DNA from: Calditrichia bacterium
GTDB lineage: Bacteria; Calditrichota; Calditrichia; RBG-13-44-9
DNA: 16,279 nucleotides
Assembly: GCA_037381445.1 (NCBI GenBank)
Contig: JARRQT010000064.1
Coordinates: 1-16,279 of the forward strand
Reading direction: 5' to 3'
The notes beneath the pieces are model-generated. The model did no database searches. It was not told where the DNA came from and worked only from the letters and a program-made list of their open reading frames with translations. Position 1 is the first letter of the stretch. Every line of letters starts with the position of its first letter. This document shows positions 1 through 8,791 of this stretch, one piece after another. Made by a program: the position numbers and the translations under genes.

Positions 1-501
1 GGAAGCGGCGGAGTCGGTTCGCTGGCGGTCCAGATTGCAAAGGCGGCCGGGGCCTATGTCTATACCACCTGCGGAGATTATAGCAAAGACCTGGTCAGGA
101 AACTGGGTGCGGACCGCGCCATCGATTATCGCAACGAAGATTATGTAAAAATCATCCATGAAGAGACGGGGGGCAGCGGCGTCGATCTGGTATTTGATAC
201 GGTTGGCGGGGAAACCATGGCAAAAAGCCTGGAAATCCTCCGACCTTCCGGGAGAATGGTATCCATCACGAATACCACCGGGAATCTGAACGCGGCCTAT
301 AGGAAAAATATTACCGTCCATTTCCTGTTCCTGGAGCGGGAATCCTATAAATTGGATTACTTGAGAACGCTTCTGGAACGGGAACAGATCAAGCCGGTTG
401 TGGATTCCGTCATGCCGCTTGAAGAGGTGGCCAAAGCCCATGAAAAGCTGGAAAAGGGCGGTGTGCGCGGTAAAATTGTCCTGCGCGTGGCGGAATCATG
501 A
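1..501 (+). CDS. MDR-superfamily (zinc-binding dehydrogenase / NADPH:quinone oxidoreductase-like) protein, 5'-truncated by the window edge
   Basis: Frame 1 is open from base 1 (GSGGVGSLAVQIAKAAGAYV..., Rossmann Gly-rich motif), passes GADRAIDY and GVDLVFDTVGG, and ends with the typical AHEKLEKGGVRGKIVL. The 217..501 ORF is only its tail. Confidence 0.9.
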   Translation, partial: GSGGVGSLAVQIAKAAGAYVYTTCGDYSKDLVRKLGADRAIDYRNEDYVKIIHEETGGSGVDLVFDTVGGETMAKSLEILRPSGRMVSITNTTGNLNAAYRKNITVHFLFLERESYKLDYLRTLLEREQIKPVVDSVMPLEEVAKAHEKLEKGGVRGKIVLRVAES

Positions 502-577
502 TCATCTCTTATAGATATAATTTGAAAGACCACTAATAATTAAATGTTGAAAATGACTGAGGGAAAGGAGTTCAGCT

Positions 578-1549
578 ATGGAATATACCAATCTGGGACG
601 AACCGGACTCAAAGTGAGCAAGCTTTGTTTGGGGACAATGAATTTCGGACCGGAGACTTCCGAGAAGGACAGTTTCCGCATTATGGACAGCGCCCTGGAG
701 AAAGGCATAAATTTTTTTGATACCGCCAATGTATACGGCTGGAAAATGGGGGAGGGTATTACGGAACAGATTGTCGGGCGCTGGCTGGCGCAGGGCGGCG
801 GACGGCGTGAGAAAATTGTGCTCGCCACCAAGGTATACGGAAAAATGGGCGAAGGGCCCAACGACCAGGGGTTGTCCGCCTACAATATCCGGCGGGCCTG
901 CGATAAAAGCCTGCGCCGCATGAAAACCGATCACATCGATCTTTACCAGATGCACCATATCGACCGCAGCGTACCTTGGGAAGAAATCTGGCAGGCCATG
1001 GAGCAGCTCGTCCGGGAAGGCAAAGTGCTTTATGTGGGCAGCAGCAACTTTGCCGGCTGGAATATTGCCCAGGCCCAGGGAGAAGCCCGGCTCAGAAATT
1101 TCATGGGTCTGGTCTCGGAACAGAGCCTCTACAATCTGAGTGCCCGCATGGTGGAGCTGGAGGTTATTCCGGCCTGCCGCGAACACGGACTCGGCTTAAT
1201 TCCCTGGAGTCCGGTGGGCGGCGGTCTGCTGGCCGGCGTGCTGCAGAAAGTTCAGCAGGGGCGCCGCGCCCACGAGCGGGTGCAGAGCATGATTGACGAA
1301 CACAAGCCGGCTCTTGAAAAATATGAAAAGTTGTGCCGGGAGCTGGGAGAAGAACCGGCTGCGGTAGCCCTAGCCTGGCTGCTGCACAACCCGGATGTTA
1401 CCGCGCCCATCACCGGACCGCGTACCATGGATCACCTGAATAACAGTCTGCATGCGCTGGAAATAAAGCTGGATGAAAATGTTTTGAAGCGGCTGGATGA
1501 AATCTGGCCCGGGCCGGGCGGGGAAGCGCCCATGGCCTATGCCTGGTAA
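578..1549 (+). CDS. Aldo/keto reductase (323 aa)
   Basis: LGRTGLKVSKLCLGTMNFG, GINFFDTANVYG (catalytic D/Y), LATK, DHIDLYQMHH, GSSN, PWSP..GG.L motifs. AAGGAG RBS just upstream of the ATG. Confidence 0.95.
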   Translation: MEYTNLGRTGLKVSKLCLGTMNFGPETSEKDSFRIMDSALEKGINFFDTANVYGWKMGEGITEQIVGRWLAQGGGRREKIVLATKVYGKMGEGPNDQGLSAYNIRRACDKSLRRMKTDHIDLYQMHHIDRSVPWEEIWQAMEQLVREGKVLYVGSSNFAGWNIAQAQGEARLRNFMGLVSEQSLYNLSARMVELEVIPACREHGLGLIPWSPVGGGLLAGVLQKVQQGRRAHERVQSMIDEHKPALEKYEKLCRELGEEPAAVALAWLLHNPDVTAPITGPRTMDHLNNSLHALEIKLDENVLKRLDEIWPGPGGEAPMAYAW

Positions 1550-1560
1550 ATAAAATAGTC

Positions 1561-1601
1561 AAATGGCGGGAGCAGAACGTCGTCCGCTCCTGCCGCATTT
1601 T
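1561..1601. terminator. Probable bidirectional intrinsic terminator between convergent genes
   Basis: GGCGGGAGC...GCTCCTGCC stem (one G-U) flanked by AAAT/ATTTT, filling the gap between stops at 1549 (+) and 1601 (-). Confidence 0.55.
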
Positions 1602-2143
1602 CAGCCGTTTTCTTCCGTCTTGACGGACATCTCACTGATGAGATAGGGTATATCGAGAAAGAGGTCCTTTCGGGGATAATTCATCATCAGGGAGTACAAG
1701 CCTACAATAAAATAGACGTGCATATTCTTGGTGGTGAACGTCAGCCAGTAGAAAATCACGCCCAGCAGGATTAATCCGCCGCCCATCAGCCACACCGTTT
1801 TCATGCGGCCGCGCAAATCCCGGGTTACTTTGCGTGCCAGATCATTTTCATTCAGCTCGGGGTGCTTCGCACGGATTTTTTCCAGGAATTTTCGCAGGGG
1901 GCGCAGGCTGAAATATTTTCTCTTGTAGGCAAAAATGGCCAGCGCCAGGCTTATCGCCAGCACGAAGCTGATTAGGTCGAAGGCGCGAAAATAGGGCAGC
2001 TGGCGGGGCAGAGGTTTCGCTGACAAATACTGATAAAATGATCCCCCGTAAATGACCACGCTGAATAAAAAAATGACCTGCCAGAAGATCCTGATTTCAC
2101 TTAAGAAACTTTTGATGATATCCTCTGTTGTTCTGAGCTGCAT
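1601..2143 (-). CDS. Hypothetical integral membrane protein (~180 aa, ~4 TM)
   Basis: ATG at 2143 has AGGAG (2151-2155) 7 nt upstream and lies 1 nt past the upstream TAA (2145-2147). Two pairs of hydrophobic helices flank a basic loop. Confidence 0.8.
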   Translation of the reverse strand: MQLRTTEDIIKSFLSEIRIFWQVIFLFSVVIYGGSFYQYLSAKPLPRQLPYFRAFDLISFVLAISLALAIFAYKRKYFSLRPLRKFLEKIRAKHPELNENDLARKVTRDLRGRMKTVWLMGGGLILLGVIFYWLTFTTKNMHVYFIVGLYSLMMNYPRKDLFLDIPYLISEMSVKTEENG

Positions 2144-2144
2144 T

Positions 2145-3062
2145 TTATTTCTCCTGATCGGTTTGTTCAATGTTTGATGTGGAATCCGATATTGTGTTCC
2201 CGGAATTTACTGCCCGGGGTGAGGTGGTGAAAAAGAGCCAGCGCTCACTGAATTCACCCACCAGAATCATGACAGCAACCGGCTGCAGCGGCAGGTCCGC
2301 AAATATCAGCACCCAGATCAGATAGACGATGGGCATGATCAGTCCGAAAATGAAACGGATTCCAAAAAGTGAAAAATAAGTCCCCAGCATCATTTTAACC
2401 GACTGCCGGGTGATTGGCGATGTGCGGTTGAGAAATAGAAAGCGGCTCCACAAAGAAAGCGATTCCAGCGCCAGAATCACGATCAGAATCCAGGCATAGA
2501 TAGTTTGCAGCGCCGGATCGTGATAAATAAGCAGGCCTGTTCCCGCGCCCAGAGCGACCGTACCCTGAAAGATACCGCCCGCCGTGGTGGGATGCCGCCA
2601 GGCCGGCCGGTCAAATGAAAAGATGTAAAAGCGTGCGGTCGAGATGAGCGAGTATACGGCTGTCAGAAATGCCAGAAAATTAATGATATTAAAGGAAAGC
2701 TGAAAAATATAGGCAAGGGCTGCCAGGCCGCTGAATACCAGAAAAATAAAGAAAGGTCTCGATTCCGAACTATAAACTTTGTCCTCGTCTGTTCCGCCGC
2801 CGGATTTCCTGCCCAAAAGAAAAATATGGATCACCGAAACCAGGAAAGCGAGAATCCAGACGTACAGGTTCCAGCTCCGGTAGACGGCCAGACGTGAATT
2901 GAACAGCGGCTCATCGAAAGTGAGGTAGGCAGTCAGAAAAAGTGATGAAAAGACCCCTATGCTAAACATTTCGATGAACAGAAAAATGATTCTGTGGGAT
3001 TCCCGGATGACGCTCCTGTTATTTTCTTCGTTCATTACAATCCGCTTTTTCAATTTTGCCAT
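2145..3062 (-). CDS. Polytopic membrane protein resembling the DmsC/YnfH (DMSO-reductase anchor, NrfD-like) family; start may be 3035
   Basis: About 8 hydrophobic segments. Y...RPAWRHPTT and C-terminal GEFSERWLFF resemble the DmsC PxW..P.T and GE..xRxLF motifs. Confidence 0.6.
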   Translation of the reverse strand: MAKLKKRIVMNEENNRSVIRESHRIIFLFIEMFSIGVFSSLFLTAYLTFDEPLFNSRLAVYRSWNLYVWILAFLVSVIHIFLLGRKSGGGTDEDKVYSSESRPFFIFLVFSGLAALAYIFQLSFNIINFLAFLTAVYSLISTARFYIFSFDRPAWRHPTTAGGIFQGTVALGAGTGLLIYHDPALQTIYAWILIVILALESLSLWSRFLFLNRTSPITRQSVKMMLGTYFSLFGIRFIFGLIMPIVYLIWVLIFADLPLQPVAVMILVGEFSERWLFFTTSPRAVNSGNTISDSTSNIEQTDQEK

Positions 3063-3100
3063 TCATTGTCTATGATTCCTTACTGAACGCATTTCCCAAA

Positions 3101-3129
3101 AATTTAACCATTGTCCGGTGATTTTGCAA
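3101..3129 (-). promoter_or_regulatory. Putative sigma70 promoter for the DmsC-like/4-TM pair
   Basis: Minus strand TTGCAA (3129-3124), 17 nt, TAAATT (3106-3101). The -35 lies within the palindrome TTTTGCAAAA. Confidence 0.45.
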
Positions 3130-3337
3130 AACATTAGCAAATAATAGAAAATTGTCGAATCCGGGGAGATCGACTGGCCGAAGGACTTTAGGGAAGATAT
3201 GCCGGATGCACAGGACTGCCGGTTCCCAAACCGGCTGTGGGACGGAGATTTGGCTAAAATATATAGAATTGTTCCTTTATGTGATGATGGTATGTTTTGA
3301 CAAATACGCTGCAAATACATCTGCTCTCTCACCGCGA

Positions 3338-6202
3338 TCAGGCGGTTTCCGGCACTAATCCTTTCTCAATATATGCGTGCCAGTTGTTCAACTCTTTCTT
3401 CAAGTGATAGCCCGTATGGGAAATCGAATTTTCTGCCAGATCCTCGGGGGTTCCCTCGGCGATAATCAGGCCGCCGGCGTCTCCGCCCTCCGGCCCCAGG
3501 TCAATAATCCAGTCGGCGGTTTTGATCACATCCATGTTGTGCTCAATCACGATAACGGTGTTGCCTTTATCCGCAAGTTGATTTAGCACGCTCAGCAGCA
3601 GGCTGATGTCCGCAAAATGCAGCCCGGTAGTCGGTTCATCCAGAATATAAACGGTGTTGCCGGTGCTGACGCGGCTCAGTTCGGTGGAAAGTTTGACCCG
3701 CTGCGCCTCGCCGCCGCTCAGGGTGGTGGCCGACTGGCCCAGATGGATGTAGCCCAGGCCCACGTCATTCAGGGTCTGCAGCTTGCGTTTGATGGCCGGG
3801 ATCTTATCGAAAAATTCCAGCGCGTCACTCACGGTCATGTCCAGCACGTCGGCAATGGATTTGTCCCGGTACCGGATTTCCAGTGTTTCGCGGTTATACC
3901 GTTTTCCTTTGCATACTTCACAGGTGACGTAAACATCCGGCAGAAAGTGCATTTCAATTTTTTTGACACCGTCCCCCTGGCATGCCTCGCAGCGTCCTCC
4001 TTTCACGTTGAAGGAGAAACGGCCCGGTTTGTAGCCGCGGATTTTTGATTCCGGCAACTGGGCGAACAGATCGCGGATCAGGGTGAACAGCCCGGTGTAG
4101 GTGGCCGGATTGGAACGCGGCGTGCGGCCGATGGGAGACTGGTCGATGGCGATGACTTTATCCACATGTTTCAGTCCCCGCAGTTCTTCATGGGGAAGGG
4201 GAATGAGTTTGCTGTTATAAAAATGCCGGGAAAGCACCGGATAGAGCGTTTCATTGATCAGCGTGCTCTTACCCGAACCGGACACGCCGGTGATGCAGAT
4301 GAACTTTCCCAGCGGGAATTTGACATCCACATGCTGCAAATTATTTCCCTGCGCTCCCTTCAGGAGCAGGTGCTTTCCACTTCCCTGACGCCTGTTTTCG
4401 GGAACCGGAATATAGCGCTGGTAGCTGAGATACTGTCCGGTGAGGCTGGCGGGATTTGATTCGATCTCCTCCGGAGTCCCGGTCGCGACAATCTCCCCGC
4501 CCTGTTTCCCGGCGCCCGGCCCCAGATCAATTACATAATCGGAATGCTCGATGGTCTCACGGTCGTGCTCGACCACCAGTACCGTATTTCCCAGGTCCCG
4601 CAGCCGCAGCAGGGTGTTGATAAGCCGCATATTATCGCGCTGGTGCAGCCCGATGGAAGGTTCATCCAGAATGTACAACACGCCCACCAGCTGCGAGCCG
4701 ATCTGGGTGGCCAGCCGGATTCGCTGCGCTTCGCCGCCGGATAGTGTGCCAGCGGTTCTCTCCAGGGTCAGGTATTCCAGACCCACGTCCTGCAGGAATA
4801 CCAGACGGGCCCGGATTTCCTTTAAAATCTGATGGGAAATGATTTCCTCTTTTTCGGTCAGAATCAGATCTTCGAAGAACCGGATGCCCTCTTTTACGTT
4901 TTTGGCGGTGACCTGGGCGATATTCAAATCGTTGATTTTTACGCCGAGCGCCTCTTTCCGCAGACGGGTACCGCCGCACTCGGGACAGGGAATCTGGTTC
5001 ATGAATCCTTCTATCCAGTCGCGGATATGCTGGGAAGAGGTCTGTTTGTAACGCCGGTAAAGGTTGTTGATGACCCCTTCATACTTGGAGGTGAATTCGA
5101 AATGGGATTCTTCCCGTTCGAAAATAAACTTGACCTTTTCAGTGGTGCCGTAAAGGATCAGTTGCTGAATCTTCTCCGGCAGCTCTTTCCAGGGAACGGA
5201 CATCTCAAAGTGGTAGCGGCGGGAAAGGGCTTCGATCATTTCAAAATACCAACTGTTGCGTTTTTCCCCTACCGGAGCAATGGCGCCCTTCTCAATGGAA
5301 AGGACCGGATTGGAGACCACCAGCCGGGGATCGATTTCCAGTTTGGTGCCCAGGCCGTCACAGGCGGGACAGGCGCCGTACGGGCTGTTGAAGGAAAACA
5401 TGCGCGGCTCAATTTCCTCGTAGCTGATGCCGCAGTTCATACAGGCGAACTGTTCGCTGAAAAGTTCTTCGCTGGCGTCCTCCACATTTTCCGCGATCAC
5501 GAGTCCGCTGCCCATTTTCAGCGCCACCTCCACCGATTCGGCCAGTCGCTGCCGGATGTCGGGACGAATCTTGATGCGGTCGACTACAATTTCAATATTA
5601 TGCTTAATGTTCTTGCTGAGTTTGATTTCCTGATCCAGCTCCGTCAGCTTCCCGTCGATGCGGGCCCGGACGAATCCTTCTTTTTTGATTTCATCAATCA
5701 GGTCCCGGTATTCTCCCTTGCGGCCGCGCACGACCGGCGCCATAATCTGTATCCGGTTGCCTTCGGGCAGCTGCAGGATTTTATCGACGATCTGCTGGGG
5801 CGTCTGTTTTTCGATAGGGGCGCCGCAATTGTAGCAATGGGGATGCCCGATGCGGGCAAAGAGCAAACGTAGGTAATCGTAAATCTCCGTGACTGTACCC
5901 ACCGTGGAACGCGGATTCCTGTGGGTCGTTTTCTGCTCGATGGAAATTGCCGGGGAGAGCCCGTCAATGTAATCCACATCAGGTTTTTCCATCAGACCCA
6001 GAAACTGCCGGGCATAAGCGCTCAGGCTTTCCACATAGCGGCGCTGTCCCTCGGCGTAAATGGTATCAAACGCCAGGCTGGATTTCCCGGAGCCTGAGAG
6101 GCCTGTGACCACCACGAACTGGTCCCTGGGAATCTGCAGGCTGATGTTCTTTAAATTATGCTCTCTAGCACCTTTTATGGTAATATATTCTTTCTTGCCC
6201 AT
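3338..6202 (-). CDS. uvrA: Excinuclease ABC subunit A (954 aa)
   Basis: [12 protein letters not shown], two Walker A motifs ([18 protein letters not shown]), two LSGGEAQR signatures, LDEP Walker B motifs, CxxC zinc modules. Confidence 0.99.
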   Translation of the reverse strand: MGKKEYITIKGAREHNLKNISLQIPRDQFVVVTGLSGSGKSSLAFDTIYAEGQRRYVESLSAYARQFLGLMEKPDVDYIDGLSPAISIEQKTTHRNPRSTVGTVTEIYDYLRLLFARIGHPHCYNCGAPIEKQTPQQIVDKILQLPEGNRIQIMAPVVRGRKGEYRDLIDEIKKEGFVRARIDGKLTELDQEIKLSKNIKHNIEIVVDRIKIRPDIRQRLAESVEVALKMGSGLVIAENVEDASEELFSEQFACMNCGISYEEIEPRMFSFNSPYGACPACDGLGTKLEIDPRLVVSNPVLSIEKGAIAPVGEKRNSWYFEMIEALSRRYHFEMSVPWKELPEKIQQLILYGTTEKVKFIFEREESHFEFTSKYEGVINNLYRRYKQTSSQHIRDWIEGFMNQIPCPECGGTRLRKEALGVKINDLNIAQVTAKNVKEGIRFFEDLILTEKEEIISHQILKEIRARLVFLQDVGLEYLTLERTAGTLSGGEAQRIRLATQIGSQLVGVLYILDEPSIGLHQRDNMRLINTLLRLRDLGNTVLVVEHDRETIEHSDYVIDLGPGAGKQGGEIVATGTPEEIESNPASLTGQYLSYQRYIPVPENRRQGSGKHLLLKGAQGNNLQHVDVKFPLGKFICITGVSGSGKSTLINETLYPVLSRHFYNSKLIPLPHEELRGLKHVDKVIAIDQSPIGRTPRSNPATYTGLFTLIRDLFAQLPESKIRGYKPGRFSFNVKGGRCEACQGDGVKKIEMHFLPDVYVTCEVCKGKRYNRETLEIRYRDKSIADVLDMTVSDALEFFDKIPAIKRKLQTLNDVGLGYIHLGQSATTLSGGEAQRVKLSTELSRVSTGNTVYILDEPTTGLHFADISLLLSVLNQLADKGNTVIVIEHNMDVIKTADWIIDLGPEGGDAGGLIIAEGTPEDLAENSISHTGYHLKKELNNWHAYIEKGLVPETA

Positions 6203-6492
6203 CTTAATCCAATATCAATTTTTGAAAACCAAATTTTATTTGAAATCCCCGGGTTCCTCCTGCATATCAACGCAATAAAATAATGAAATTGCTGTCTATT
6301 GCAATAACTTTTTACGCTTTTAGGTTCCGTGGTTTTAATCTTTTTATGACGGCTAGCGTCTGCAGCAGGCAGTGCTGGATTCATAAAATGAAATGGGAAA
6401 ATGTTCAATACCGGAACGCTTTTTACAGGTGCCAGCCCCGCGGCATCATTTCTTTTATTTTTAACGATATGCTTCTGTCAGCGGGAATTTTG

Positions 6493-7866
6493 TCAGGTTT
6501 CTTCTTCTTTCAATTTATCGAATAAATCCTGCAGATTCCTGCTGTAGGTTACCGGGAAATTATCCGGCGAGTCGAACTCCTTATAGCGGCGCTCCAGCCT
6601 GGCGAGATTCCTGTGAAAGAATTCCCGGGATTCCTTTAATTCGGGGAATTCATAAACCAGCTTTCCCTGCCTGATAACCGGGACCAGCAGCTCGGTGTGT
6701 TTTTCCGAGATGTTTTCGGATCCCCGGCCGATAATATCGCGAAGGTAATTTCCCCTTTCATCGATGATCCGGTAAATTTGTTTTTTAGCAGGATAGGTGG
6801 CTTTGTTTTCACTGAACTTGGCTCGGAACAGGGTTTCGCCTTTGATCCTCTGTTCCACCAGTTTGTAGATTCCTCCCAGATAGGGTGCATCGGCGGAGGT
6901 GGCCATCTGAGTGCCCACGCCAAAGCTGTCGATCGGTGCTCCGGCTTCCACTAATTTTTTGATCTTATGCTCATTCAGATCACCGCTGGCCACAATCTGT
7001 GTATCCTTCATTCCTGCGGCATCCAGTATTTCACGCACCTTGCGGCTTTCCGTATCCAGATCGCCGCTGTCGATGCGCACGCCTTTGACACTTTTCCCGA
7101 TTTTGACCGCATTCCGGGCACCCTGCTCGATATCGTAGGTATCGATGAGCAGAACGGTGCTGTCCGGAAAAACGTTGTGGTATGCCCGAAACGCTTCCAC
7201 CTCGCCGGGAAACGCCATGGTCCAGCTATGGGCGGCGGTGCCCAGAGCCGGAATGCCGTAGCGCTGGCCCGCCAGCACGTTCGATGTGCCTGCGCATCCA
7301 GCCAGATAGCTCGCCCGTGCCGCCAGTGCACTGGCTTCGGGACCATGTGCCCGGCGGGAACCGAATTCCATGACGCCCCGTTTTTTGCCATCCAGTTCCG
7401 CGGCATGGACAACCCGGGCCGCTTTGCTGGCGATGAGCGTCTGAAAATTGATCATGGAGAGGGCAAATGTTTCAATGACCTGCGCTTCTATCATGGGTGC
7501 TGTGACGCGCAGGAGCGGTTCACCCGCGAAAACGATCTGCCCTTCTGGGATTCCCCACACATCGCCGGTGAACCGGAAATTTTCCAGATATTCCCAGAAT
7601 TTTTTGTCCACGTTTTTGAAAGTGGGAAGATTTCGCAGGTAATCCAGCTCTTCGCTTCCGAATTTAAGATGGGTGAGATATTCCATCACCTGCTGCAGAC
7701 CGGCCGCCACCAGAAAAGAACGCTGCGGAGGCATTTCCCGGATAAATAATTCGAACGTCGATTCGTAGTTATAGCTATTCGAAAAATAACCGGCGGCCAT
7801 GGTTAGTTCATACAGATCAACGATCAGCGATTGATTATAGAGCGGGGAAAGTATGCTTTGTTTCAT
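6493..7866 (-). CDS. pncB: Nicotinate phosphoribosyltransferase
   Basis: DLYELTMAAGY, EFGSRRAHG, GTSN, GTAAHSW (phospho-His motif), LIDTYD, VRIDSGD, DSFGVGT, GGIYKL. ATG at 7866 preferred over the TTG at 7950. Confidence 0.95.
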   Translation of the reverse strand: MKQSILSPLYNQSLIVDLYELTMAAGYFSNSYNYESTFELFIREMPPQRSFLVAAGLQQVMEYLTHLKFGSEELDYLRNLPTFKNVDKKFWEYLENFRFTGDVWGIPEGQIVFAGEPLLRVTAPMIEAQVIETFALSMINFQTLIASKAARVVHAAELDGKKRGVMEFGSRRAHGPEASALAARASYLAGCAGTSNVLAGQRYGIPALGTAAHSWTMAFPGEVEAFRAYHNVFPDSTVLLIDTYDIEQGARNAVKIGKSVKGVRIDSGDLDTESRKVREILDAAGMKDTQIVASGDLNEHKIKKLVEAGAPIDSFGVGTQMATSADAPYLGGIYKLVEQRIKGETLFRAKFSENKATYPAKKQIYRIIDERGNYLRDIIGRGSENISEKHTELLVPVIRQGKLVYEFPELKESREFFHRNLARLERRYKEFDSPDNFPVTYSRNLQDLFDKLKEEET

Positions 7867-8086
7867 TTTCTGGACCTTTGTGTTTCTGGCGGCATTGCCT
7901 TCAGTACTTGTCAGAAACCGGCGTTTCGCATCAGAACATAATGTTTTCAATCTGCGTTAAACATGCCAAAACCAGATGAAGCTCCCGGATCAAACGCCGA
8001 TGCTCATCTTTATGCTTCTTTTAATCCGGGATGTTCCAAAAACGTTTCATCCGGGATATTATTGGCGTTGCGAAATAACGAGTGTA

Positions 8087-8115
8087 ATTATACATAAATT
8101 ATTAGCGAGGTGCAA
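8087..8115 (-). promoter_or_regulatory. Near-consensus sigma70 promoter facing pncB
   Basis: Minus strand TTGCAC (8115-8110), exactly 17 nt, TATAAT (8092-8087). Confidence 0.6.
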
Positions 8116-8116
8116 T

Positions 8117-8707
8117 ATGCTTGTTCACCGAAACCCCCGGTTCACAGGACTTATTTTTCTGATAACCGCAATTTTATGCCTCAAAATCAGCGGCGTTGCT
8201 CAGACCGCGGGGGCGTATTCCGGACAGAACAGCAGCAAAGATTTTGCGCTTTCCAGCGCCGTTATTCAGGAAGGAGAATTCATCCCTGTAAAATACTCCT
8301 GCAGCGGGCTTGATATTTCACCGGAGCTGAAATGGAAAAATGCTCCCCCTGGCGTCAAGTCATTTGCCCTCATCTTCGATGACCCTGATGCGCCGGGGGG
8401 AACATGGGTCCACTGGGTAATTTATAATATCCCGGCCAAGGTACGGAGATTGCCCGAAGACCTGCAAAGCAGGCTGCCCCAGGATTCGCTTTTCGATGAT
8501 ATTGTGCAGGGGGTAAACAGCTGGAAAAAGAAAGGTTATGGGGGACCCTGCCCACCCCGGGGAGAAACCCATCGTTATTACTTTAAACTTTATGCGCTGG
8601 ATAAAAACATAACACGCGGAGGGCTTACTTCGGAAATGCTCGTGAAAGAAATGAAGGGACACATCCTTGCAGAAGCCCGGCTGATGGGCCGCTTCAGCCG
8701 GGAATGA
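8117..8707 (+). CDS. YbhB/YbcL family (PEBP / Raf-kinase-inhibitor-like) protein, probably exported
   Basis: SPELKW, SFALIFDDPDAPGGTWVHWVIYNIP, GYGGPCPP, HRYYFKLYALD. ATG at 8117 with GAGG RBS (8107-8110) and an N-terminal hydrophobic signal-like stretch. Confidence 0.93.
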   Translation: MLVHRNPRFTGLIFLITAILCLKISGVAQTAGAYSGQNSSKDFALSSAVIQEGEFIPVKYSCSGLDISPELKWKNAPPGVKSFALIFDDPDAPGGTWVHWVIYNIPAKVRRLPEDLQSRLPQDSLFDDIVQGVNSWKKKGYGGPCPPRGETHRYYFKLYALDKNITRGGLTSEMLVKEMKGHILAEARLMGRFSRE

Positions 8708-8791
8708 ATCTCTCGTATCGGATTTTGCCTCACTTTTCGGGAAAAAACAAATATGCTGCTGGTTCTTGTAAACCGTAACGACGATTTGATC

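Noticed and set aside
3063..3358. Small ORFs 3063..3332 (-) and 3152..3358 (+)
   Set aside because: No recognisable motifs, and they overlap a putative promoter and hairpins, so the region is more likely non-coding.
4832..5872. 346-aa + strand ORF and other long ORFs antisense to uvrA, pncB, the AKR gene, the sensor, mtaB and miaB
   Set aside because: Antisense shadows of well-conserved genes, with no recognisable motifs.
6203..6492. LexA/SOS box upstream of uvrA (GTTC-N7-GAAC at 6403-6417; palindrome TATTGCAATA at 6297-6306) and small ORFs 6175..6408 and 6283..6525
   Set aside because: Neither element fits LexA boxes I know (CTGT-N8-ACAG, GAAC-N4-GTTC, GTTC-N7-GTTC). The small ORFs have no motifs or convincing RBS.
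3338..7866. Functional pncB-uvrA link (NAD supply for repair ligation)
   Set aside because: A 290-bp AT-rich spacer suggests independent transcription, and adjacency alone is not evidence.
7867..8116. N-terminal extensions in the ORF track for pncB (from 7950) and ybhB (from 7976)
   Set aside because: The extensions are non-homologous. ybhB has a good RBS at ATG 8117 and pncB similarity begins just after ATG 7866.
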